Program-made: the position numbers and the translations under genes
Notes under the pieces: generated by a model
Told to the model about the DNA's origin: nothing
Databases searched by the model: none
What the model saw: only the letters and a program-made list of their open reading frames with translations
DNA from: Dehalococcoidia bacterium
GTDB lineage: Bacteria > Chloroflexota > Dehalococcoidia > Lucifugimonadales > JAGWBF01
Reading direction: 5' to 3'
DNA length: 64,000 nucleotides
Assembly (NCBI GenBank): GCA_965224415.1
Contig: CBDCZB010000005.1
Location: 565,846-629,845 of the forward strand
Shown: positions 26,612 to 36,307 of the stretch, one piece after another
Layout: each line of letters starts with the position of its first letter
Position numbering within the stretch: the stretch's first letter is position 1

Positions 26612-29600
26612 TCAACGGTCAGCGCCGCCAACGGCAGTGACCGCCCCGGCGTAGGTCGCCGCGAAGTTCATCTCCAGGAGCCATCGGCGGAACGATTCGT
26701 TGTCGCTGAACTGCTTGAACAGCTCGGTGTGGTCTGCCAGTAACTCGGTCATGGCCCGCTCCAGCGCCTTGTCGTGCTCGATGCGGGCGTTCTGCCTATC
26801 GGAGTTGGCCATGGCGTTGCGGTACGGAGTATCTTCGGCAACCTTTGCGGGCAACTCCTCGGATATGACCCTCTCGATCTTGTCATGGTCCTTCCACTCG
26901 ATGTTGCCGAACCGGTCGTTGAACTCCCTGACGATGTTGGAGAGCCGCTCCATATCCGTTTCTGGCTTCTGCCCTCCGCCTTCGGTTGGGACCGGCCCGA
27001 TCTCCGCATCCTCGTCGGCCAACTGAATGGCCTGCACCGCCTGCTTCTCCACCCGGTAGCTGTCCATGTCGATGGCTTCCAGGATGCCCTTGGACAGGTC
27101 GTCCTCAACAGGAGCGGGCAGCTTGGGCACGAGGAAGGTCAGGAAGATGGAGAGCCTCTCCCACTCGGCGTTGGTGTAGGGCAGGATGGTAGCCAGGAAC
27201 CCGTAGGCCCGCAGGAACGCCTTTGACCTGCCCTTGAAGTCCACCTGCCCGTCCTCATCCAACTCCCGGTAGACTGCGACGCAGGCATCGAGGATGGGAT
27301 CGAGGCGGTCGCGATCCTCTTTCGCCAAAAACCGCTTCACCAACTCGTCCACCTGCTCCGGGCCGTAGACCTGGTAGCCGTCGAGGGCCGCCTTCAGGTC
27401 GTGCAGACGGTCGGGGTCGGTCTCCTCCGCCAGAATGGTGGTGCGGTAGTAGTCGGCGAAGGCGTGCTGAATGGTGTCGGCGTCGTTGGCGAAGTCCAGC
27501 ACGAAGGCGTTGTCCTTCTTTGGGTGAGATCGGTTGAGACGCGAGAGCGTCTGCACCGCCCTCACCCCCGACAGCGGCTTGTCCACGTACATGGTGTGCA
27601 ACAGCGGCTCGTCGTACCCGGTCTGGAACTTGTCGGCGCATACCAGGAAGCGGTACGGGTCCTCCTGAATTCTCTCTAGGATGAGGTTCGCCGAGAAGCC
27701 GTTGAGGGACGCCTCGGTGACCTTTGCACCATGGTACTCAGGTTCGCCTGAAAAGGCGGCGATGGCTTTGTAGGGACTCTTGCGCTCCTCCAGATAGGCA
27801 CGGATGGCGTGAAAGTAGGTGATGGCCCTCTGGATGCTGCTGGTCACCACCATGGCCCGCGCCTGCCCGCCGATCTTCTGCAAGCCCGCCACCTGTTCGT
27901 GGAAGTGGTCCACCATGATCTCCGCCTTCAGGCGGATGGCGTGGTCGTGGTCTTCCACGTAGCGGCGCAGCTTCCTACCGGCCCTCTTGGTGTCGAACTC
28001 CGGGTCTCCCTCCACCTTCTTGACCAGCCGGTAGTAGCTGCCGACCGTCGTGTAGTGCCTCAGCACGTCGATGATGAACCCTTCCTGGATGGCCTGCTTC
28101 ATGGTGTATGAGTGGAAGGGAACGTGCTTTGTAGCGCCGCCTTCGGGGACGGGTGCGCCGAATATCTCCAGCGTCTTGTTCTTGGGCGTCGCGGTGAAGG
28201 CGAAGTAGCTGGCGTTGGCCAGCATCTTCTTGCTCTCCATGATGCGGTTGATCTTGTCCTCGGTGGTCTCGTCCCCCTCATCACTACCGGATTCCCCAAG
28301 CGCCGTGGACATCGCCGCCGCCGTGCGGCCGCCCTGGCTGGAATGAGCCTCGTCGATGATGATCGCGAACCTGCGTCCCCGGTGCTCGTTGCCGATGGCG
28401 TCCAGGATGAAGGGGAACTTCTGCACCGTGGTGACTGCGATGCGCTTGCCCTGCTGCAAGAGGGCGCGGAGTTGGGCTGAGGTCTCGGCATGACCCACGA
28501 CGGAGCCGACCTGGGCGAACTGCTTGATGGTGTCCCGTATCTGCTTGTCCAGCACTCTGCGGTCGGTCACGACCACCACGGTGTCGAAGGTGGGCGCGTC
28601 GTCCCGCTCCAGCCCGATGAGCTGATGGGCCAGCCACGCGATGGAGTTGGACTTGCCGCTTCCTGCCGAGTGCTGGATGAGATACCTGGAGCCGACTCCT
28701 CTAGTGGATGCGTCGGACAGCAACCTGCGCACCACGTCCATCTGGTGGTAGCGGGGCCATATCTGCTCCCGCTTCTTCTTGCCCGTCCTGTCGTCTTTGC
28801 TCTCCACGACTTGGGCGTAGTTCTCGATGATGTTGGTCAGCCCGTCACGTGTGAGCGTCTGCTCCCACAGGTAGTCGGTCTTGAGGCCGTTGGGATTGGG
28901 TGGATTGCCCTTGCCGTCGTTCCATCCCTTGTTGAAGGGCAGGAACCAGGACGCCTTGCCGTCGAGCTTGGTGCAGAACCGCACCTCGTGATCGTCCACG
29001 GCGAAGTGGGCCAGGCAGCGGCCCAAAGCGAAGAGCCGTTCCCTGGGACTGCGGTCCCTCTTGTACTGCTCTACGGCGTCGTCCACCGTCTGCTTGGTCA
29101 GGCTGTTCTTCAGCTCGAAGGTGGCGACGGGCAGACCATTGACGAACAGGCACAGGTCCAATGCCAATTGGGTATTGTCCTGGCTGTACCGCAGCTGCCT
29201 CGTCACGCTGAAGCGGTTCTGCTCGTACAGGACCGCCACCTTCTCGTTCCCCGGCGACGGCGTGCCGTACATCAGGTCGACCTGGTGCGGGCCGTGCTTG
29301 ACGCCCTTGCGCAGCACGTCAATGGTTCCTCGGCGGGTGACTTCTCCTTGCAGCCGCGCCAGAAACCTGCGCCTCGTTGGACCGTCCTGTCCAAGGTCCA
29401 GTGATTCGGCGACGATAGGCTGGGTAGCGCTCAGAAAGGCGGAGAGTTGGACAAGGTCCACGCAGTATTCCCGGTCATAGTCCTGTGGGTCTCCGCATAT
29501 CCAGCCCGCGCCGTAGCTGGACGGCCGCTCATGCACCATGCCGTTATGCGATGGCGCACAGTCGGCACCAGTCAGAGCCTCGCAAATGAGACGCTCAAGG

Positions 29601-29626
29601 CCTCTTTCGCTGGTGTCGGTGGTCAC
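26612..29626 (-). CDS. hsdR: type I restriction enzyme R subunit
   Basis: ORF track 1004 aa (GTG start); helicase motif I QHSAGSGKSN, DEAH box IIDEAHSSQG, motif VI QTLSRLNRS. Confidence 0.92.
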   Translation of the reverse strand: MTTDTSERGLERLICEALTGADCAPSHNGMVHERPSSYGAGWICGDPQDYDREYCVDLVQLSAFLSATQPIVAESLDLGQDGPTRRRFLARLQGEVTRRGTIDVLRKGVKHGPHQVDLMYGTPSPGNEKVAVLYEQNRFSVTRQLRYSQDNTQLALDLCLFVNGLPVATFELKNSLTKQTVDDAVEQYKRDRSPRERLFALGRCLAHFAVDDHEVRFCTKLDGKASWFLPFNKGWNDGKGNPPNPNGLKTDYLWEQTLTRDGLTNIIENYAQVVESKDDRTGKKKREQIWPRYHQMDVVRRLLSDASTRGVGSRYLIQHSAGSGKSNSIAWLAHQLIGLERDDAPTFDTVVVVTDRRVLDKQIRDTIKQFAQVGSVVGHAETSAQLRALLQQGKRIAVTTVQKFPFILDAIGNEHRGRRFAIIIDEAHSSQGGRTAAAMSTALGESGSDEGDETTEDKINRIMESKKMLANASYFAFTATPKNKTLEIFGAPVPEGGATKHVPFHSYTMKQAIQEGFIIDVLRHYTTVGSYYRLVKKVEGDPEFDTKRAGRKLRRYVEDHDHAIRLKAEIMVDHFHEQVAGLQKIGGQARAMVVTSSIQRAITYFHAIRAYLEERKSPYKAIAAFSGEPEYHGAKVTEASLNGFSANLILERIQEDPYRFLVCADKFQTGYDEPLLHTMYVDKPLSGVRAVQTLSRLNRSHPKKDNAFVLDFANDADTIQHAFADYYRTTILAEETDPDRLHDLKAALDGYQVYGPEQVDELVKRFLAKEDRDRLDPILDACVAVYRELDEDGQVDFKGRSKAFLRAYGFLATILPYTNAEWERLSIFLTFLVPKLPAPVEDDLSKGILEAIDMDSYRVEKQAVQAIQLADEDAEIGPVPTEGGGQKPETDMERLSNIVREFNDRFGNIEWKDHDKIERVISEELPAKVAEDTPYRNAMANSDRQNARIEHDKALERAMTELLADHTELFKQFSDNESFRRWLLEMNFAATYAGAVTAVGGADR

Positions 29627-29644
29627 GCTATCCCTCGTCCATCG

Positions 29645-29962
29645 TCAGATCGGGATTTCCCTCAACTCACCCTGTTCTATTTCATCAATTGCGGCTCGGA
29701 TGTCATCTATCCTCGGTTGCACATCTGGCCACCTGTTGGAACGCAGTACGAGGACGGCTATTGGCCTGCGGCTAAGGTCTTGCTGGTGCCTCATGTTCTG
29801 GTCGGCGGTAATCAATAGCTCGTATGCTTCGCTTTCGGCCTGGTCCAGCAGGTCCCCGTTGCTTAGCTCCGCCCAACCCCTCTCGGCGGCTGTGTCAACG
29901 CTATGTTCCGGAAGGTAGCCTCGAAGCGGCGCTGGGGTATTGTGGTCAAACAGGACTTTCAA
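29645..29962 (-). CDS. PIN-like (DUF5615-type) putative toxin
   Basis: ORF track 105 aa (TTG start); MKVLFDHNTP.PLRGYLPEHSVDTAAERGW..LSNGDLLDQAE...YELLITADQNMRHQQDL pattern recalled from proteins that pair with DUF433 genes. Confidence 0.5.
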   Translation of the reverse strand: MKVLFDHNTPAPLRGYLPEHSVDTAAERGWAELSNGDLLDQAESEAYELLITADQNMRHQQDLSRRPIAVLVLRSNRWPDVQPRIDDIRAAIDEIEQGELREIPI

Positions 29963-30185
29963 TGCTGACCTTCGCGTCGAGGCTTCTGACCTCGTGTTCC
30001 AGCACCGACTTGACCTGCCATTCCTCTACCCCCGGAAACCAGTCGAGGAAGTCCTTCACCGTAGCCCCCGCCGCAAGATTGCCGAACAGAGCGGATACCG
30101 GCACCCTGGTCCGGGTAAACACCCATGCCCCACTGAGCCTTCCGGGTACGCTCTCTACCGCCGGGCACTTGCTCCAATCCGTCAT
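29946..30185 (-). CDS. DUF433 family putative antitoxin
   Basis: ORF track 79 aa; SGAWVFTRTRVPVSALFGNLAAGATVKDFLDWFPGVEEWQVKSVLEH fits the DUF433 pattern (G.pv..gTRvpv..l...l..G.....fl..fP.v); ATGA overlap with hsdS stop. Confidence 0.6.
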   Translation of the reverse strand: MTDWSKCPAVESVPGRLSGAWVFTRTRVPVSALFGNLAAGATVKDFLDWFPGVEEWQVKSVLEHEVRSLDAKVSIESPV

Positions 30186-31636
30186 ACAGTCACCTCTCTT
30201 TCGGTTGCCAATTCCTCCAGCGACTCTTCCGTGTCGTGGCCGGCTCCGTTGACGCCCTCTACGAATGCCACGTTCTCCTCTACCGGTTCTCGGTCGTCGC
30301 CTTCGTCGGGTAGTTGCGCCGCTGCCTCGCGCACGTCCAGTTTGCCGGTCACCACGTCCGCGATGAGCCTGGTGCGGTACTCCTCCACCAGTTCCACCTG
30401 ACGGCGGGCGCGAGCGATGGCGGCGTCAATTTTGGCAGTGGCTGATTGAACGTGTCGAACGATGAGCCACTGTTCGCTTGACGGCGGGACAAGGCATACT
30501 GCATGGCCCAATTCTTCAGCGTTCAAGTGTGGCTGAGCTGCGCGGGAACTCACAACGATTAGTTGGTTGTCCCTCACATAGGTGGAAAGCAAACCGAGGG
30601 CTATGAATTCTGGCAGTGCGCTATTCGCCGTAACGACCATATCGTAGCCAGAAATTGCCCCTGCGTACTCTTCGGGAATAATGGCGGAGTCGGCAGTATA
30701 GGCTCCGCTTCGCACCACAATGATTTCCTTTGGTTGCAATGTTGCATCACGGCTAGGAGGAATACCCTTGGGATCGACAAAGATCAAATCCTTCTTAGAG
30801 ATAATGCCCCGTGCTATGTTCGTGGCCCTGATCAACGGACGCCCATCCGATAATTCTGGCGGAGGCTGTCCCAATCCGTACCGAATGCGAGCCAGCGTCT
30901 TCAGCCGTCGCACCTCCCAATGCTCCGGCACGTCGCCGAGCCACGGGACGCCGGAGGGTTTGAGGGCGACGCTGGGGTCGAGGCCGCGGGTGACGGCCCG
31001 GCTGACGACGGCCTGCCGCTCCTCCGCCAGCAGTGCGATGAGCTTCCGCTTGGCGCTGACGTATCGTCGGATGCGCCGGTCCACATGGTCCAGGTAGCGC
31101 ACGATGGCGGTTTGCTCGGGGAGGGGTGGGAGAGGGATTGAGGAGCTGGCCAGATGCACCCGTGACAACTCGGTGAAGGTACTGCCCTGCCCCAGCGCGG
31201 CTAGGTCTTCCCTGCTTGCGCTCAGAGCGTAATGCAGGTACTCGGATTCTACGTTAGGACACGGCACGAGCAGACGACAGCCTTGGTTTACGCAGCCATC
31301 TGAAGTGAGGATACCGAGGTGTCCGATTGGAGCTCGGGTGGAGATTGCCACACTCCACGCTGGAGCGAGGGTTGTTCCACAAGACCTGTAACCGTCTGAA
31401 GAGATTCTGCGTCCGCTGGCTCTTATGTACCTACCACTGAGCTTCCCCAAGTCCTCAGGTGTCACCCACAGGATTTCGCCATCCCAGTAGGCAGGGACGT
31501 TGGTGGAAGGTGTAGCTCCGTTAAGCACGTTAGCGACCGTGCGAAGCCGCCGCACCTCCCAGTGCTCTGGCACGTCGCCGAGCCAGGGGACGGCGGAGGG
31601 CTTGTAGGCGGGGTAGGGCGTCAGCTCTGCAGGCAT
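30182..31636 (-). CDS. hsdS: type I restriction enzyme S (specificity) subunit
   Basis: ORF track 484 aa; duplicated conserved segment PWLGDVPEHWEVRRL preceding two lower-GC target-recognition domains, conserved spacer LPPLPEQTAIVRYLD and C-terminal coiled coil. Confidence 0.85.
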   Translation of the reverse strand: MPAELTPYPAYKPSAVPWLGDVPEHWEVRRLRTVANVLNGATPSTNVPAYWDGEILWVTPEDLGKLSGRYIRASGRRISSDGYRSCGTTLAPAWSVAISTRAPIGHLGILTSDGCVNQGCRLLVPCPNVESEYLHYALSASREDLAALGQGSTFTELSRVHLASSSIPLPPLPEQTAIVRYLDHVDRRIRRYVSAKRKLIALLAEERQAVVSRAVTRGLDPSVALKPSGVPWLGDVPEHWEVRRLKTLARIRYGLGQPPPELSDGRPLIRATNIARGIISKKDLIFVDPKGIPPSRDATLQPKEIIVVRSGAYTADSAIIPEEYAGAISGYDMVVTANSALPEFIALGLLSTYVRDNQLIVVSSRAAQPHLNAEELGHAVCLVPPSSEQWLIVRHVQSATAKIDAAIARARRQVELVEEYRTRLIADVVTGKLDVREAAAQLPDEGDDREPVEENVAFVEGVNGAGHDTEESLEELATEREVTV

Positions 31637-32909
31637 CTCTCAAGCCCCTTAGCCAACCGCTTGAATCTTTCTTGATTCTTGAAACTCGCTATCACCTCAT
31701 CCTGCACTCGGCATTCTTTGAGTAGATGAATCACGACCAAGTAAACTATCGACTCAGCAAGGAAGTACAGGGAGGACCCGTCAGAGGAATCAAGCCAAGG
31801 TTTAGTATGAACCTCCCTGTTGATCCTGGTGTCTACAACTACCCTTTGTGCCCACCTCTCAACATCTGACACCAGATATAGAAACGTGTTTCCAGCCTCC
31901 TTAGCGAGATGTATGATGTCCTTCTTCATCGACGGTTCCCTGCCCAAGCGAATCCTCAATAGCGTCTCAACAGCTATGTATGCATCGTTGAAACGATAAT
32001 TTACATATGGCGATGACACATTCCAGTTGGGCATCAGGCGATATGTGACGTGCCTATACTTCTCTGAGACCCGAAGCCACTGGGCGACTCCACCCAGCCC
32101 TCCGATGTCATCATAAGAAAACAGAAACCTAGGGGCTTTCCATGGAATATCAACTCCGACCCATTGGCTGTACAATCTGACCGGATCCTGAGACGTGTTG
32201 TCGGAGAATAGATGTACGCTGTCGATTGCTGCCAGCGACCCCGAACCAATAGTTACCAAGTTCTGTAAGTCATGATATTTCCTGCTTATGACTTCAATAC
32301 CCTGTACTTCATCAAAGCGCAAAGTGAAACTGCAACTGTCCTTAATAGAATAACTCCTGCCAAAGCTACCCGATCTAACCGCACGTTCAGGAGAGGTTGT
32401 GAGGACTAACTCTCCAACTCCGTCTATCTTGCTTGTCGCTTTGCTAGTTTGCTAGATTGTACACGTACTAGTGTGTTACCCTCAGATGTGGATTCTAAGC
32501 CAAAACTGGATTTGCCGACCCAGCGTTCCAAATGCCGCAGATTTAGATCGACGGCTGCAAAATCTATGCTTTGACCTTCTCCAAATTGTTTTCCTTGAAG
32601 GACAGATGGAGACTTGTAGAGAAACCGAGAGATGAATGATTCAGTCACTCTATAGGAGTAACAACCCAACAAAGTGAACTCTTGAGCCGGTGGAGCTACA
32701 CCAAGTATTCTGACTCCCTTCCCGTCTTCATCATCAAACTCCAAGTTAACTCGTTCATTAGAATGCCGAGATATCAGTTCCAGGGTAGCTCCGTCCCTAG
32801 GGTTGAACTTGAGATGCCCCGGCATCTCGTCATGAGGTTGTGAGGCCAACCAGAACCAGCCTAGTACGTCTAGCTCTTCCTGCGGCATCTGAGTGGTACT
32901 ATCTTCCAT
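31621..32909 (-). pseudogene. ApeA-like HEPN-domain gene split by one frameshift (track ORFs 32424..32909 and 31621..32322)
   Basis: Downstream frame is open back to 32451 and overlaps the upstream stop (32424-32426), so one indel fuses them (~430 aa). N-terminus LGWFWLASQPHDEMPGHLKFNPRDGATLEL, candidate HEPN motif RINREVH. Sampled rows are 45-47% GC. Confidence 0.45.
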
Positions 32910-32926
32910 GATTTACGCTGTCTCCA

Positions 32927-34879
32927 TTAACCCACAATCTCCGCCAGCAGCCCCTCCGTCTCCCGCTCCAGCGCCAGGATGTCCGTCCGTATCTCCTCCA
33001 GCGGGCGCAGGGGTTGGGGCTTGTAGAAGTGACGGTGAAGCTGAACTCGTAGCCAATCTTGACGCCGGCGGGGTCGTACCAGGCGTCGGGGGCGTAGGGC
33101 AGCACTTCGCGGCGCAGGAAGGCGTCAACGCCGCCCTCTTCCAGCAGGGGAACCTGCTCCGTGTCCCGCAGGTCGGGGTCCAGCTCGTACTCCACGACGG
33201 CGGGCTTGCCGTCGATGGTGGCCGCAAACAGGCCGCGCAACGGGTCGGGCTCTGCGCCGCTCTTGTGGACTCGTCGAATCACGCGCGGCGCGCTTTCCGA
33301 TCGCTCGGCCTCGTCCTTGAGCGCCTTGATTTCTTTGGCAGTGTAGGTCCGCTCCGGGTCGATGTCCTCAATGCGCAGGGGCCGCTCCACGGTGACCTTC
33401 CAGTAGCCGAAGGCCTCGTTGGGGAAGATCTTCGACTGCTCCGTCTCCTCGAAGGCCAAGAAGACATCGCAGATGTGCCGAATGTCCTCGTTGGAGAGCT
33501 CGCAGTTCTTGCTGCCCAGGTTCTTGCGCAGGGGTCTGTACGACTGGGTGGCGTCGATGAGCTGCACCTTGCCCCGGCGATGAGCCGGCTTGCGGTTGCT
33601 CAGAACCCAGATGTAGGTGGCGATGCCGGTGTTGTAGAACATATTGAGCGGCAGGGCGACGATGGCCTCCAGCCAGTCGTTCTCGATGATCCAGCGGCGG
33701 ATGTTGCTCTCGCCCTGCCCGGCGTCGCCCGTGAAGAGGGAACTGCCATTGTGCACCTCAGCGATGCGGCTGCCCAGCGGCGTGTCCCGTTTCATCTTGC
33801 TCAGCATGTTTGCCAGGAACATCATCTGGCCGTCGCTGGAGCGGGTGATGAGGGAATAGTCGGCATCGCCGCCATTCTCGACGAGGAAGCGCGGGTCCAT
33901 GATGCCGGACCGTCCTCCCATGCGTTCCAGGTCGGTCTTCCAACTCTTTCCGTAGGGCGGATTGGAGAGCATGAAGTCGAACTCTTCGGCCGGGAAGGCG
34001 TCGGCGGCGAGGGTGGAGCCGAACCCGATGTTGTCGGCCTCTGTGCCCTCGCCCTTGAGGATGAGGTCGGCCTTGCTGATGGCGTAGGTCTCCGGGTTGA
34101 CCTCCTGGCCGTACAGGTGGACCGACGCCTCCTTGCCGTGTTCCTTAGGCGAGGCCCACCAGCGTCTCCTCGGCGACCGTCAGCATCCCACCGGTGCCGC
34201 ACGCGCCGTCATAGACCAGGTAGGTGCCGGACCGCACCTGCTCGGCCACGGGCAGGAAGATGAGCCGGGCCATGAGCTGCACCACGTCCCTGGGAGTGAA
34301 GTGCTCCCCAGCCTCCTCATTGTTCTCCTCGTTGAAGCGGCGGATCAACTCCTCGAAGACCGTGCCCATGCCGTGGTTGTCCAGCCCCTCCAGCCGTACC
34401 GAGTCGTCACCGTTCAGGACAGGTTGAGGGCTGAGGTTGATTGAGCTGTCCAAGAATCTCTCTATCAGGAAGCCGAGGGCGTCTGCCTCCACCAGCGTCG
34501 GTATCTGGTTGCGGAACTTGAACTTGTCCAGCACCTCCTGGATGTTGGGAGAGAAGCCGTCGAGGTGCGCCTCGAAGTCGGTCCGCAGTTGTTGTTGCCG
34601 ACCGCGTGAGGCAAGGTCGCGGAGGCGGAAGCGGGACGTGTTGTAGAAGGCTTGGCCGGAGGCCTGGCGCAGGGCGGCGTCCTGGTTGGTGATGCCCGCG
34701 TCATCCAACTGCTTCTTCATGCGGAGCACCGCATCCTTGGTCGGCTCCAGCACGGCGTCGAGCCGTCGGATCACCGTCATGGGCAGGATGACGTCGCGGT
34801 ACTTGCCGCGAACGTAGACGTCCCGCAACACGTCGTCCGCGATGCCCCAGATGAAGCCGCTGATGTTGAGGGCGTTCAT
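32927..34879 (-). pseudogene. hsdM: type I R-M methyltransferase subunit with two compensating frameshifts
   Basis: N-part 34145..34879 ends DGACGTGGMLTVAEETLVGLA-stop. The next frame continues KEHGKEASVHLYGQEVNPETYAISKADLILKGEGTEADNIGFGSTLAADAFPAEEFDFMLSNPPYG (extra base at 34147). Near 33030-33038 a 1-nt loss hides the canonical tail HFYKPQPLRPLEEIRTDILALERETEGLLAEIVG-stop (TAA 32927-32929). Confidence 0.85.
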
Positions 34880-35229
34880 TGGCTCGTCATGCTCCTATAG
34901 GCTGCCTTGACCATCTGATCGAGGGCGACAGCGGCTTGCTCGTTGAGACGCGGGTCTGAGTGCAGACAGGAAGATATCACCGCCAACGGCTCGGGCTCCT
35001 CCCCGGCGGATGGGCTCCTGAGGAATCGGTTCACGGCCAGCCCCGACCAGGTCGCCAGCGCCGCTAGTCCGTTCACGTCGGGGTGTCTGCCTTGAGCCAT
35101 ACGAGTCAAGGTGGAGGCGCTGATGCCGCACTCCTCCGCCACCTGCTTCCAGGTGCATTGACGGGCCTGCCTCTCTGTGTCCAACGCGGCGAAGAAAGCG
35201 CCGCCGTCGAACCTCGCTGTCCTGGCCAT
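34876..35229 (-). CDS. XRE-family HTH protein heading the R-M operon (controller-like)
   Basis: ORF track 117 aa; CTWKQVAEECGISASTLTRMAQGRHP; stop overlaps hsdM start. Confidence 0.7.
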   Translation of the reverse strand: MARTARFDGGAFFAALDTERQARQCTWKQVAEECGISASTLTRMAQGRHPDVNGLAALATWSGLAVNRFLRSPSAGEEPEPLAVISSCLHSDPRLNEQAAVALDQMVKAAYRSMTSQ

Positions 35230-35286
35230 GTTCCTCTCCTCGGCGAGTGCACACCTCAGATCGCTGTCACCTGCCGCTGGCGTGCA

Positions 35287-35316
35287 TTGCTCATTTGATT
35301 ATCGCAACTGTATAAT
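35287..35316 (+). promoter_or_regulatory. candidate sigma70-like promoter for the exonuclease/cas3 side
   Basis: TTGCTC (35287-35292), 18 nt, TATAAT (35311-35316). The -10 is embedded in an imperfect inverted repeat TATCGCAA...TTGCAATA. Confidence 0.2.
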
Positions 35317-35570
35317 TCCTTTGCAATAGCCGTGATGGGAGTCGACTCGGATATGAAAATGGGTGCGGGCGAAGCAGAACCGATCTTGGGTCACATGATT
35401 CTGGCCGGCCAGATGGTGCCTTCGCTGTACCCGAATCCGGGTTCTGCGAACTTATTCACCTCGACTAGTAGACGCATGAGGCGATATCCGGCCCCTCCCC
35501 CGCCAGGTGGTTTTCACGTGTTCGGCGTTGGACGGTAGCCCGTGACCCAAATGGGCAAGTCGATCAACCC

Positions 35571-36155
35571 TTGATTTCTGAGTGTCCCACAGGAACGATC
35601 ACATCTTGTTTTGATCACTCTCCACACTGCGTACTCGACATTGAGACGGCTGGGCCTATTACGCAGGCTCCTGACACATATGAATTGCTCTTCACAGGGG
35701 TCAAATTCGAGCAGCACCGCGCGATCTTCCGTTCGAACCGAAGCGAGTTGGAACTTCTCGCTGCCTTCGTAGATGGTTTCAGGGGCATGGTAGTCACCTT
35801 CAATGGCAGCCGTTTTGACCTACCAATCCTAGGCCACGCGCTTCAATTGGCTACAGGAGGATCACTACGGGTCTCGAAGCACTATGACATCCTGTCGAAA
35901 GTTGAACACCACGCGGGTAGGCGCATCTCCTTAGATGCCCTGGCCCGAGAGAATCTACGCATCGGGAAATCGGAGTGGGACCACCGGCGTAACAAAGAAA
36001 TCTGGCAATCAAGCCCGGAACTGCTTATTGCCCACAACCAGGAGGACTTGAACCTTACTGCGAGCCTATTCGAGATAGTTCTACAACGCCAACCACTCAA
36101 GGTCGATGGGAAGAGTGTCCTTCTGCCGCTGGACCCGTTCAAGCCGTTGCCATGA
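35571..36155 (+). CDS. DEDD-type 3'-5' exonuclease (RNase H-like, YprB/PolB-exo-like)
   Basis: ORF track 194 aa (TTG start, true start uncertain); ExoI VLDIETAG, ExoII VTFNGSRFDLPILG, ExoIII IAHNQEDLNLT. Confidence 0.6.
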   Translation: MISECPTGTITSCFDHSPHCVLDIETAGPITQAPDTYELLFTGVKFEQHRAIFRSNRSELELLAAFVDGFRGMVVTFNGSRFDLPILGHALQLATGGSLRVSKHYDILSKVEHHAGRRISLDALARENLRIGKSEWDHRRNKEIWQSSPELLIAHNQEDLNLTASLFEIVLQRQPLKVDGKSVLLPLDPFKPLP

Positions 36156-36307
36156 ATTGGGGTGACGCAGCATGGCCGTGCACCCAGGCATCGGGCGTTG
36201 GCGTGAGTCCTCTCAGTCTACCGAGCATTTGCTGATAATCCGCAGGGAGTCCCCCTTAAGGCGGTCTAGAGTTGGAATCAAAGGCTGACAGCCTAGAAAC
36301 GGAAGCA

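Noticed and set aside
35332-35538. 68-aa + ORF between the R-M operon and the exonuclease gene as a possible small regulator or anti-CRISPR
   Set aside because: No ribosome-binding site, odd composition (Pro/Gly-rich tail) and no motif; insufficient support.
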